From: Eledone cirrhosa
Taxonomy: Eukaryota
Assembly: GCA_964016885.1 (NCBI GenBank)
Contig: OZ024747.1
Location: forward strand, 78,926,001 to 78,990,000
Length of the DNA: 64,000 nt
Direction of reading: 5' to 3'
In this document: positions 39,156 through 51,978 of the stretch, piece after piece
Numbering within the stretch: the stretch's first letter is position 1
Layout: every line of letters starts with the position of its first letter
Program-made: the position numbers and the translations under genes
Notes under the pieces: model-generated
Told to the model about the DNA's origin: nothing
The model's input: the letters and a program-made list of their open reading frames with translations, nothing else
The model's database searches: none

Positions 39156-39844
39156 CATCATCATCATCATCATCAGGTTTAGCGTCCGTGTTCCACGCTT
39201 GCATGGGTTTGGACGGGGGTTTTCCCACTTGAGGCAAGAGTGGTTGTCTTGCTCGCATAGGACTGTCTGGCGGGTTTTCTACAGCTGGATGCCCTTCCTA
39301 ACACCAACCACATTTACAGTGTGGGGCTGGGAGGTTTTTACCGTGTTGCCTACACGGACACATTACAGCGTGGACTGTCTGGCGGGTTTTCTACAGCTGG
39401 ATGCCCTTCCTAACACCAACCACATTTACAGTGTGGGGCTGGGAGGTTTTTACCGTGTTGCCTACACGACCACATTTACAGCGTGGACTGTGTGTTTTTT
39501 TGTTGTGACACCTACACGATCTCATTTGTTTCGGCCTGGATGTTGTGGGACCAACATAACTTTACATTGAAAGGGGCGGTGTGGATGGGGTGGAGGTGGT
39601 GGGATGGGGGTGTGTTTTGATAGAGATGCCTACTGACTGTAGTAGGTTTTTACTTTGTATTTAGGTAAGGCGGGTCTTCTCTATTACTGAGTACCGCCAA
39701 AGGTCTCGGTCCAGTGACATTGTCTTGGAGAGGTGTAAGCGTGTGAGGTCGGAATTTATCAGCTCGTCCCATGTTTTTCTGGGTCTGCCTACTCCGTGGC
39801 TACCGTCTATCTTTATTGCCCTGCACTTTGTTATACAGCTGTCG
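39156..39844 (-). mobile_element. 5'-truncated RTE LINE (ORF end, 3'UTR, (GAT)n tail) with probable TGAGAT target duplication
   Basis: DSCITKCRAIKIDGSHGVGRPRKTWDELI..DL...DRDLWR; tail 39156-39175; tgagat at 39150-39155 and 39845-39850; 112-bp internal tandem duplication (39260 and 39372). Confidence 0.92.
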
Positions 39845-41082
39845 TGAGATGTTCCTAGCAATATCGCTAGATGTCTAAAGAAATCTGGCCTTCCAGTTCA
39901 CTATTTTGAAAGAAGGCTACATATGTTAGAAGTATATTTGCATAATATAAACAAACATACTTTCACAGAAAACAAAAATACATGTTACTCATGGTACTGT
40001 GTATTCATTATTTTGTTTAATTAAAATATGTTATATCTATGTTAATGAAAGTATGGTACTGTTTCTTTACATGTAACTTTATTTTTTAATTAGCAAATAG
40101 AGTGGGCATATGCACTTCTGCAAATTAGAAGCAATATACACTTGAACCCATGGCTGACAAAGTATTGCCTAGTTGTTTGCCAAAATAATTTGCGGTTCTA
40201 ATGTCAATATCACTATTTTTCAGACAGACTAAATATAAAATACATATATAGGCTATAAACATTAAATATACTGTCACATACAGAAATGAGCTCAAGCTAA
40301 TCTTAAAAAAACTGAACTTAATGCCCATAACGTCATTGATTTAATTAAGCACTGAATAGTTGTATATTATGCAGTATTGTGTAACAAATAGCAGTAGGAC
40401 AAGAAGTAAAAATGTCTGCTGGAAATACTAAGTCAAAATATAACAGCCTACAACACAACAAATCTGATTTTTGTGGTTAGGAAATTGAAGGAAGAAGGTT
40501 AATAAGTATTAAAGAATGTGTATCAAATGAAAATAAAATCTAACATTATGTCTTAAAAATTATGAGAAAGTGTTAGTTGAGCATATAACTTCTGCTTCAT
40601 TAACAATGAAAGATGATAGAAAATATGTCACTTTTGTCACTTTTAACACCAGTTGGAGAAATACACAAACATAAGGAATGCAAATTCTGGAATTTATAAT
40701 ATAATAGAGATTTGAAATGGGAAATGAAGAACTTGATGGTATTTTTCTAAAATCAGTTACTTAACACTGTCATTATATTTCTAATGAAGGATGCTGTTTA
40801 TGATTTTAAAGTAATTTTGAAAAGAATTGAGAATTTAGAAGGAATTGTAATATGTCTAACAATCTCATTGATTAAGTTGGTATTTGGAACGTGATTTAAC
40901 AAAGGTTCTTACATAAAATTATTTTGGAAGGTTTTAAAATAAATATAAGCACTTTAAAACAAACAAGTTTGTATTGTCGAACCAGGAGGTTCTGAAAAGT
41001 TTTGTATCAAAAGGGTTAATAAAACTGTTTGACGAATAGGAAGAAGACCCAAAATGGGATGAATTTAATCAGCAAAGAATGA

Positions 41083-41545
41083 TGATAATAATTCTTTCTA
41101 ACATTGGAACAAGGCCAACAATTTGAGAGAAGTGGGAAAGTTGATCACATTCACCCCAGTGCATTACTGGTACTTTAATTTATCGACCCCCATTAAGATG
41201 AAAGGTAAAACTAACCTTGGCAAGGTTTGAATGCACAGCATAAAGGGCTGTAACTCTATGCTGCAAAGCATGGTGTCCAATGCTCTACCAATACTGCCAA
41301 TCTACTGCCTTTATAATGATAATAATGGTTTCTGATTTAGACACAAGGCCAACAACTGGGGGAGGGAGTGAAAGGCAATTAAATGGACTCTAGTGTGTTA
41401 CTGGTACTTTATTTTATTGACTTTGTAAGGGTGAAAAGTAAAACTAAGCCCGGCGGGATTTCAACTCATAACATAAAGGGTCGTAACTATATTCTGCAAA
41501 GCATGTTGTCTGATGCTCTACCGATTCTGCCAATCTATCAGCCTT
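41083..41545 (-). mobile_element. Head-to-tail dimer of SINE family A
   Basis: Two complete copies (41083-41311, 41312-41545), each with an AAT tail and a ctgccaatcta..gccttt head. Confidence 0.88.
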
Positions 41546-43519
41546 TATAACAATAATAATAATAATAACAACAACAAACAGTAGAAAACAAAGCATATGA
41601 AATACAGGGTGAAAAGCAAATTGTGGAAGTGGTTCTCGGTAGTTCAGCCAGATTTAGTTCATGATTACAAAGGCACTTTGAAAGTAATTATAATAGTAGT
41701 AAATTTAGCAGCTGAAAGATCATAATAAAATACTGAACCAGAAAGTAAGAAATTAGTTATCACTAATGAAATATACTCTAAAGAGTATAGTTTCATTTTA
41801 TTTGTTTTATCTTATTTTATTTGTTTGTTTATTTATTATTTTTTTAATGAAATAAAATTTGCATTCAGAAAAGGTCTTCAACTTTACTGGCGAAACGATC
41901 AAATGGAATAAACTTTTTTCAGTTTTTCAGATTAAACCTTTTTCGAATGGTTTAATCATTTGATCAACTGATCAATCTGCTCATGTAATTAGCATATAAG
42001 CAGTTGAGTATTCCACAGATACATGTACATATGTATCCTTAACATGATTCTCAAGGAGATTCAACATGGCACAATATGTGACCAGGTTGACCCTTTGAAT
42101 TACAGGTACAGTCTGGCTTCCTAACAGTTTCTGTCAGCCCAATTTCACTCAGAAAACTTGGATTGACCCAAGGTTATGAAATATGACACTTGCCCAAGAT
42201 GCCATGCAGTGGGTTCAAACATGGAATCTTATGATTGTCAAAACACTATGTTCAAATGTCTTGTATATAGAATATGCTTTGGAAATAAAAAGACAAATTA
42301 CTTTTTCAGAAAGTATTATTTTTTTTTATATTTACTAAGAACAGGTGTAAATTTTAAATTAATAAATTATAAAGATTCAAATTTAAAGGTATTAAAAAAC
42401 AACACAATCACATCCCTTCAAAATAACACAACCAACCTACAGCTTCCTTACTAACCAGGTTACAAATTACACCACTCTTTGAGATTCATCTTGAGTGAAT
42501 CCCCTATAGCAACCAGCTTTATCACGAGCCATGACACCATAACTCAAAAGTATAGTAGAATGAACAGGTTAAGTTTAAAAGTAGAAACTACAGTAAAATA
42601 GTAGCTCCATAATTGTAACTAATTACAAAAAATTATAATAAATACAATTAAATATATGTATTTTTATATCAAAATACATATTACATTGTAGATAATCAGC
42701 AGCCAATTAATTGGTATCGGCTGATAAGTCAAATCCAATTAATCAGTAATTGGCCAATTTACTTTAGTGCATCCTTACTTCATTGGATATTATTTTACCA
42801 ACTTCAGTGGAATAAAAGGCAAAGTTTGCTTCAGAAGAATTTGATTCCCAAGCATAGAATAAAATTAAATAATATAAGTCTACTGCTATGCCAGTTCTGT
42901 TAACTCTGCATATATTCAAAATAGATTAATTACTTACAAACTGATTTTTCACAATAAGTAGACAATAACAAAATTTCCATTTAACCCTTATCCATGGGCC
43001 CTGAATTTATGACATAATCATGGGACTGCTGGCATACAACATATCTTGAGCATTTTTAAACTTAGCAGAGGTCATCCCTGTCCATATCTGAACACAGCCA
43101 ATTTCTTCCAGAGAGATAGAAGTAAAATAAAGGAGAGGTAGAGAGAGAGAGAGAGAGAGAGAGAGATGAATGAAAGAGAGCTAGAGAGAAAAAGAATCAA
43201 TACTTTATCAACCTTCAAAGGGTGGAAGGCAAAGTTGACCGTGGCAGGATTTGAACTTGGAATGCAGTGTGTCAGAAGGAGTACTACAATGAATTCTATC
43301 CAACATCCTAGTTACTCGGCCAATTCATTACCTTAATAACAAAATTTAGAGGCCAGAGTTTTTGAAATAGAAATGTTAATCATAATCAAAAAAACTAATT
43401 TATATTCTTTAATTACATTTAAAAAAATGAAATTTGTTTTATATTGTAAGTAAATCTAAACAGGTTAATTGATGAAAAGTGTAAAATGAAAAGATATTTA
43501 CTTTTCATTGTCTATCTTG

Positions 43520-43836
43520 TTGGTTGGACGCCATGCTTTGCAGCAAAGAGTTACGTCCCTTTACGATCTGAGTTCAAATCTCGCCGAGGTTAACTTTGCC
43601 TTTCGTCCTTACGGGGTCGATAAAATAAAGTACCAGTAATGCACTGGGTATTTGCTGGCCTTGTGCCAAAGTAGAAACAATTATTACTGAAGTATAGAGT
43701 TACCTCCCTGTATGATCTGAGTTCAAATCCCACCGAGGTTAACTTTGCCTTTCATCCTTCAGGGGTTGATAAAATAAAGTACCAGTAATGCACTGGGTAA
43801 TTGCTGGCCTTGTGCCAAAAGTAGAAACAATTATTA
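43520..43836 (+). mobile_element. Tandem pair of 5'-clipped SINE family A copies
   Basis: Two successive gagttcaaatc...gtagaaacaattatt units. Confidence 0.9.
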
Positions 43837-44416
43837 ATGTAATTGTATATGGAGTTATGAAGCAAGACAAATTATTTTAAAAGAAAAATGTAATTTAAAC
43901 ATAGTTGACCTTGGTAATTCAAGTTTAAATGTCAAACTTTGTAGTTTGGGTCAAGGACGTAGAAAGGCTTTTGGCATGTCTCTAAGCTATGATTTAAAAT
44001 TGTAACTTTTTTTACCTTTTTATGAGGCATAGGATGAGCCATGATGACACAAAATTCAGAGATGGTGGAAGTGGCAGAGTATTAGATAAGTTCAAATTGA
44101 AAAATAAATAAAATAGAAATTTAAAAGAAAATAAGCCACATGTCATTCGATAAGAAGATGAAGATTATGATGGAAAGATGATGCCATATGGCAGGAAGTT
44201 CCTAAGTGTGTCAAGAAAATAATTAACAAGAAAATTAGAAGATAATAATAAAGTGAAACATATAGTAACATTTCCTACTAATTTTATTATTTTTCATATA
44301 AAGAAGAGTACTAGAGGGAAGTAATATGACTATTTTTTACTTGATATGTTAAAGAATTATCTAATAAAAAAAATGCAATTACAAATAGACACACAAATTG
44401 GTTTTTCTATTAGATA

Positions 44417-45793
44417 TTTCTTTATTTGCCACAAGGGTGCACAAGAATAGGGGACAATACAAAGACACATGCGGGGGATTTTACATACAGTCGTGTAAAA
44501 AAAATATAAAACAAACAATTATAACAATCGAAATCCCCAATAGGGGGGAGACGCCACAAATGGGTTGTTTAATACCCCATTGATAGAACAACCCTTAACT
44601 TCAGGAGCGTGTTGTGCAAGTGCTCCCTTCTTTAACCTACAGGCTTATAAACAGAGAAGGCCCAATCACTCGGGCCATTTTCGCTTCATTCACCCACCTT
44701 TCAGTAAACTTACTGGGCTGCAGTGCCTCTCTCTCCACTCTGATTCTTCTTCTAAAGTGATTCTTAAAGAAGGGAATCAATTGCTGTCCGGAGAGAAAGG
44801 CATCTGTCCTCAGTCCTCTCAATCTCGTCCACCATATAACCTCTTTCACCATAGCCACTGTACAGAGGAAAACCGCCTCTCTTTCGTTTTTGAAAGAGGC
44901 TGGCAGTTTGATCCTTACTATGGACTCAGCAGTCAACTGGATTTGTCCCATACGCGACAGTAGTTGTTCTGCATAGTTCCACAGGTCGCTTACGCCCGGG
45001 CAGTGTACAATTGTGTGCAAGACGGTTTCAATGTCCTGCTCGCATCTTGGACACGTCCTCTTGGAAGGATCCCTGCCGGGGCGTCTGTGCCTGTAGATCT
45101 TATCTCGAATGGGTAGAGCTCCTTAGTAGCACTGCCAGGCCAGGCACCTCTGGAAGTTGTCCATAGGTCCCGGACGGAAAGTCCTACCGAACAGACTGGT
45201 GAGCTTGTCGTCTTCGACGCCTAGAGTCTCCCCGAGCACATCGTCGCACTTGTAAAGTACTAACCCTCTATAGAATGTTGAAGTGGAGTCTCCACTGATT
45301 GCTGTGCCTGCCTGACAGAGGACTGTGAGCGCCTGGGCGCATTCAATGTGCCAGGCGCCCATCTTCTTCGGTCTTCGCTTGACCCAGGACTGCAGCTCCG
45401 TCAGCAAGACAAGTTGTGGGAAGGCCTGTCTCACAAACGGTGCCCACACCGGTTGGTCAGTGAGGAATACCTGAAGATGCCATAGCCTCAGCACATGTTT
45501 GCGCATCATTAGCCATGGCATGCCCAGCCCTCCGTTGGAAGGGTGTTGACAGCAGACGGATCACTTCACCAGTGGAGCCTGCTTCTTCCACAGGAACTGG
45601 AAGGGCATGCGTTACATCTTGGTGAGGTATTCATGGGGACAAGGCAAGACAGTCAAGCGGTAGTAGATGACGGACGCTATGAAGGTGTTCGCCACCTCCA
45701 CTCGAGCTTTTAAAGACAGTTTGCACTCTACCCACTTCTGAGTGAGCGCAAATACCTTGGCCATGACCTCGTTCCAGTTTTTCTCCACCTGGA
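44417..45793 (-). mobile_element. 5'-truncated L1/Tx1-clade LINE (ORF2 C-terminus and 3'UTR)
   Basis: Minus strand: KNWNEV..W...KLSLKARVEVANTFIASVIYY...QFLW...GGLGMPWL...CPRCEQDIETVLHTIVHCP (CX2CX8HX4C zinc knuckle); AATAAA near 44420; a few stops; GC-rich relative to flanks. Confidence 0.9.
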
Positions 45794-46499
45794 GGTTCTT
45801 AAAACATCAATATGTCTCTCATAGGGCAGTTAATTTGGTAGAGTTGTTAGAGCTTTGGATATTTGTTCCAAGTCTGAGTTCTGATTTCAAATCTCACTTT
45901 AGTACATTTTGCCTGTCATTCTTTCAGGGACAATAAAAAAAATACCAACCCAGTGTTGGTGCAGCTCTCTCTTCTTCCAGATGTTATGTCCTGGGTGTTC
46001 CACTAGATCAAATGAAAGAGGGCTAAGAAGGTGTGCACACAACTGCATAGGCACCTAAAACCCAGAGCGAAAGACAGATATGGTAGTTATAACTCCCATA
46101 TAGAGTGCAATGAGATGAAATAGAACATTCATCACAATGTCGAAGGAAATTCACAGACACAGTCTGGCTTGAGTGGATGTTTGTTAGAAGCTCGCATGAG
46201 AAAGAAAAAAAAGTAAAGAGAAAAATCTTGATTATAAATAAGAGAGAATACAAATGGCAATAGAGAATGTTGTTGCTAGTTTATATCAACTGGTGTGCAA
46301 TGAAAATAGATAAATATAGTATTACTATTATAAGAGTTTATGGAATTTTTAGTGCTGGAAAACGTTAAAGAGGCAATAGTAAAAGTAATTATTACAGTTT
46401 TAGGAAAATGAATTACATATATCTAAATTGCTTTTAGTAATCTTTAACTTTTTTTCATACCAAACCACCTGAAACTGCTTATGGTTGTGAACATGGCCC

Positions 46500-46767
46500 C
46501 GAGATACTTGACCAAGATACTTGACCGTCTCTATCTGCTTCAGTGGAACTCCATTCATATATAGAGTGTCTCAGTTTTCGCAGTGCTGATTTTCATTCCA
46601 GCCATGCAGCACTCGGCATCAAACCTATCAAGTGCAAGTCAAAGATCATCTTCTGTTGAGTTAAATAACACCATGTCATCTGCAAATTCCAACCAACTGA
46701 TTTTACACCTGCAAATCATGATACCACTTCTGAACTGGTTGCACATATCAATCCTGTTCATGTAAAT
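46500..46767 (-). pseudogene. RTE/Expander-type RT core fragment
   Basis: IYMNRID...KISWLEFADDMVLFNSTEDDL*LALDRFDAECCMAGMKISTAKTETL, containing the FADD catalytic motif. Confidence 0.85.
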
Positions 46768-47794
46768 AACAGAATTGATATGTGATTTATATCAGTGTAG
46801 TGATGAAGTATTCAAAAGATCTCAGGAAAAACAACAAACAGGAGTATAAATTATATAATTATGCTGTGAGGAAGAAAAAGGAAAATTCAACATTTTGGAC
46901 AGTGGTCCTTCAATGATAGCAGGAAAAAAAACAGAAAATAGAAGGTTACATGAAAAGTATTTGAATTTTTCTGTTCCTGCCACAGTATGTAATTATATAC
47001 TTTGAACTCCTGTTTATTATTTTGTTGTTTCCCCAACCCCAGTGGAGATTTATATGATAAAAGAAATTATCTGATTAAACTAATCTATCAAGAAATTAGA
47101 AACAGAATCCATTGGTACATTAGTACACTTTTCTTTTTCAATTATAGCTTTTCCCTATCTAGTTTCTATGTCAAACTTCCAGTTTTCTTAGGTCAGTCTA
47201 TACGTCAACCCATTCCCTCTTGTCTACTCCAGTCTCCAGAACTAATAAGCACATGTTTAAAGCATTTGCTAACCCAGTTCTCACCATTATTTCTTTCTCC
47301 ACAGTGAAAACATTTGATTATTTTCTAGAATAAGCTGTACTTGATATTTGTAATTCCTAAATATATATATTAAGATCTCAAGTCTTAGTTTATCCTTTGA
47401 GCTCATGTTCCCTCTCCGGCATACCATTCACAACTCATTTTATTCAAGCTACAGAGAAAACTACTTGCACTGCTCAAGTTTCACAGTTATATAAAAAAAA
47501 TTTTTTTTTTTAAACACAGCAACAAAAATGTAAACAAGCATCATATAACTTTATACGGGAAAATATTCTTTTGATGTCTACAAGAATTTAAAAAAATAAC
47601 ATTCATAAAGAGTGAAATCCTTCAGATTCCATTTAACACTATTTTATAATTCCCCAAGAAATTATTATCTTCATCCTAAACAAACGACCTCCATGTTTTT
47701 ATTTCTTCTCTCTTCATTCACACATTGATTGATTATCATTGAATAAATCACAAAACCACATAAGCAAAATATTAATAACATTTAGGACAACACT

Positions 47795-48024
47795 TTAACC
47801 CTTTAGCATTTAAACTGGCCATATCCGACCAGAATTCTCTCATCTCTTTCAGTTCAAATTGGCAGTAACCAGCTACTCATACTTATGTTAAGGTATTGTT
47901 CTAAAAAATAAATAATATCAAAATCTCATAGATTCGATATTATGTGAGATAATTATGTGAAATAAAATGTTTAATGTAAAAACATAATATTGAATATAGA
48001 GTAATGTAAATGCTAAAGGGTTAA
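47795..48024. mobile_element. piggyBac-type MITE family A
   Basis: Perfect TTAACCCTTTAGCATTTA / TAAATGCTAAAGGGTTAA ends. Confidence 0.92.
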
Positions 48025-49675
48025 AGTTAACATTCAAAACAATATTAGATAATTAAACCAACTATTTCATAACATAAATATTTCTTTAGAGGCATGATGA
48101 ACACACCAGCTCCCATATCTCCTCTTTCATTTTTTAAAGGAATTTATTAACTATAAATTACATAAGATGAGGCCTAGTTGTTGAACAGTTAAAAAAGTTA
48201 AACCCATTCATTGTGTTGAATGTTGGATACAGTCTCTTGTTTCAGTCTACATAACTAAAACAGCTGTTCTATTTTGAGCTGATTGAAGGAAAAGCTATTT
48301 TTAAAAAAAACTATCTCTAAAATATTAATTTACATATCTGAAATTTAATGTCTATTTTCCATGCTTGCATGGGTTAGACAGGTCGTCATGTTCTCAGACT
48401 AGACTAGTAATGTGACTTGTCATGCTCACATGTTCTGTTTTGGTTTGTTTCTACAACTGGATTCCCTTCCTAGTGCCAACCACTTTACAGTCTCTACTGG
48501 AAGCCTTTTATCATGACTCCAGCACTATCACCTTAGAGGATGGACTGGATGCTCTTTATTGTGGCACCAGCCATAACACTTTAAAGAGTGAGCTGAGTGC
48601 ATTTTACCATGGCACCATCACTACCTTATTTCAACACTACTCACTATGTCCTTGGCCAGGCTGTAGAGACAGTGATGGGAGTGGTAGGTTGTAGGATGTC
48701 TAGATGAATATTTTTTGTTAATTTTGCAGCATATATTTCTATTATATATTTTAGTTTGCAACCAAAACTCACAATACCTTTTGTTTTATTTACCAACTGT
48801 CCATTTTTATTCTTACATTCAATATAACCATTCTAATTTAAAACATGTCAGCTGCAGAATTGTTTAGATCCTTGCTGATGCAAAACTCCATTGTCTTTTG
48901 TGATATGAAATCGAAGTGAGGAAATTATTTAAGTGAGTGATAGTTGGGCTTTGAAGTGTATGTGTGAGACTTGTAGTCAGTGTAAATGGAGAAGACAGAC
49001 CTTCCAGCATGTACTGGAAATATTTTACACTACTGTTAACAATTTTGCCTCAGTGTACTGTACTTTGTTTCAGCCAACCTGAGATGCTTAGAGAAAAAAG
49101 GGGTTGCCAAACACCCTTAACACATTGCAGCTTAGATTTGTCAGCTTAGATATTCTTGATTTTCAGAAAGGCAACAGAATTTGTATGATCAAGAGTGACA
49201 AGCTGCTTCTTTTATGTTCAATTCCAAAATATATCCATGAGAGGTTAAAGACGTTCCCCACAGTGAAAATAAAATGATGATAAAAGCTGATCTTGCCAAG
49301 AAACTCTCCTAATTTCTTCCTCTCTCAACTAAAATCTTGCTGAAGTTAACTTTGCTTTTCATCTTTCAAAGTCAATAAAAGATAGTATTTATCTAGAGTA
49401 GTGGATCCACAAAATTGTTAGTGTTAAACAAGATGCCTTGTAGTATTTTTTCTAACACTTTATGTTCTGATTTAATCAGTTGCTCAGTTTAACACCACCA
49501 TCTGGTCCTTTGGTGCCCTTAAGTCTCATTCCCTCTGTTGCAAGCATTCAGGCCAGGTCTCTAATTTAAAGATAGCTTCTACCTTCCACCCACACATCTG
49601 AAAAATATAAAGGGTCATTGAACAGTGCCCTTCCCTCCCTAAAAATGTTAGCAGTAAGAAGACATATGAAATGAA

Positions 49676-49719
49676 GTCTTTGAAATGATCAGAGGACGTC
49701 TTTGAAATGATCAGAGGAC
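49676..49719. repeat. Perfect 22-bp tandem duplication
   Basis: gtctttgaaatgatcagaggac x2. Confidence 0.95.
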
Positions 49720-49814
49720 TCTCTAGATGTAGTTGCTATCTTTTGTTACTAAGGTAACCTAATTAACTGAGAAGTGTTTTGAGAGCATAGTAGCCAGAGA
49801 AAGAACAGGGTCTG

Positions 49815-50230
49815 GGTCTTCAGGAGCTATTATCTCTGCTGGCAACAGAGGAATTCATTTTTAGAGTGAAGGGTAATGTGAAGTGTTATGCTGCATGGTA
49901 GTGTGACATGGACATTGAATGCTGAGGATGTGTGAAATGAACATGCTTTGTTGAATATCTAATGTTAGTGTGTACAAATGATGGAGAACAAACAAACTGA
50001 GGGAAAAGCTAGGAACAAATGGAATCAGATGTAGTGTGCAAAAGAGAAGATTGATAAAGGTAGACAATGTGTAGAAGATGACAACTGTGTAAAGAAGTGT
50101 CAAGCAAGTCATGTTGAAGGAATCTGCAGTACAAGATGTCAAAGAAAGACATGGAAAGAAGTAGTGAAATCCTATTTCAGGAAACTGAACACCGTGAAGG
50201 AGATGACAAAGACACATCCAACCCAAGCAT
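49815..50230 (+). pseudogene. Degraded RTE ORF 3' end
   Basis: MLHGSVTWTLNAED.., LREKLGTNGIRCSVQKRRL, and ccaacccaagcat 3' end; a similar relic lies at ~53280-53592. Confidence 0.75.
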
Positions 50231-50282
50231 ATATATATTAATTCAAAATATTAAGAAAAATAGAACTTCTTGTGATCAAGTA

Positions 50283-50349
50283 TATTTTATTATACATATT
50301 TCAGAGGTACTGAGCTAACTTCAACAGTACGTCCTCATCAGATAAAATA
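50283..50349 (-). ncRNA. Type I hammerhead ribozyme with palindromic short stem III (Penelope/retrozyme-type)
   Basis: TATTTTAT-CTGATGA-GGACGTACTG-ttgaagttagct-CAGTACCTCT-GAA-ATA-tg-TAT-A|ATAAAATA: 8-bp perfect stem I, 9/10-bp stem II, canonical CUGAUGA/GAAA core, AUA cleavage triplet. Confidence 0.75.
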
Positions 50350-51724
50350 AGATGATGCATGACATACCCTGACATAGTGGATGGTTAAGATCCAGTCATG
50401 GTAGAGAGTAAGATATGACAAAACTCAATATTTATATACCTTAAGATTGATACATGAAAAAACTTACATATAATACAGAGGGTGCGTGTAAGAAAGCTTA
50501 AAAATACATAACAGTAATTTACATAACTGTTAGAGATTCAAATAATTATTGAAGAAAGAGGAAAGAAAAAAAGACAGAGAAAACAGATGAGGGGAAAATA
50601 TAGCTAGAAGAGGTATAGAGAGCAAAAGAGAATTGATGAAGGAAAGGGAGACAAAGAGGAATAATTATAATTATAGGGAGGGATGAATTATATATATCTA
50701 TACATAACTATACATTTGGGCATAGCTATGTGATAGAGTAAACTCGAATCATTGAATTATTGAATTATCTAGAAATATTCATCAATCTAAATCCTAAATA
50801 TAACTGGGTGTAATCAATAAAGGTTAATTTCCTTAGTTAATTAGTTATATATACTATCCAAACGTATCCGGTTGACCGTTAACTTTCAAATCATTTAAAT
50901 TAGTTCAGAGTAATGAATTAATTAAAGTGTATAATATTTCAGGCTATAAAAGTTTATAAATATCTGTATTAATATTAAAGTATACTATCATATTTAATTT
51001 ATAAAATCATATTTTATGAATTCATATTTAAACTATTTGCAAACATGAGAGAGAAGATATGCTATTTTTCATCCTCTCGAAGGTAAATCTTAATAATTTT
51101 AATATAATATATTTAATTATTTATATTATATTGAAGATAATTCGCATTATATAATTTATAAAATAATTACAGTTATAATTTAAAAAAATTCAGATTAACA
51201 ATTAGAATGCCTTAAAGCATCAAAAGGCCTTATAATTAAACTTAAAAAAGTTTATTATTAAATTAGATATATGCATTTTTTCTAAATATAAACAAAGATT
51301 ATATTGTCTAAAGATTAAGATGATATCTATCATTTATATATAACATAATATAATACAATAAATAAGTTACTGATAATATTGTTAAAAATTTAGGTTTTAG
51401 ATCAATTATTATAATAAGGTCATGTAACACATATATACTATAAATATACAAGTCAAACTTATTGAATCATACAGATAAGAATCTAATTCAAAGTAAAAAA
51501 GCGATCTTAGATTTTCTTTATAAATTTATATAGTAGTATAATGTGTCTGCAAACATGAGAAAGAGAAAGCCTAAGGATTTCATTGAGTTTTGTTAATATT
51601 TTGAATTAATATTAATAACTCCGGAAAACCATTCCTGTTGAGTGCTTCCAATCTATTGTAAAACTAATTCTTTGATTTATTCATTGAACCTTGTTTAACC
51701 TTTAAATATATATATATATATATA

Positions 51725-51836
51725 GTCCTATTTGAGCGAGACATGGTCACCCAACCTAACTTGCCTCAAATGGGACAAACCCATCTAACCCATACTAGCA
51801 TGGAAGATAGATGTTAAACGATGATGATGATGATGA
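51725..51836 (+). mobile_element. RTE 3' end with (GAT)n tail
   Basis: cttgcctcaaatggga..cccatctaacccatactagcatggaagatagatgttaaacgatgatgat. Confidence 0.85.
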
Positions 51837-51928
51837 TATACACACACACATACATGCAAACATGGTATTAAAAAATATGCAAATAGATACAAAATTGTGC
51901 AAGTGCATATGAAGAAAGAAACTAAAAT

Positions 51929-51978
<50 letters not shown>

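Noticed and set aside
48935-48950. 15-nt inverted match to 52180 (agcccaactatcact)
   Set aside because: Not extendable; such a match is expected by chance in 64 kb of AT-rich DNA.
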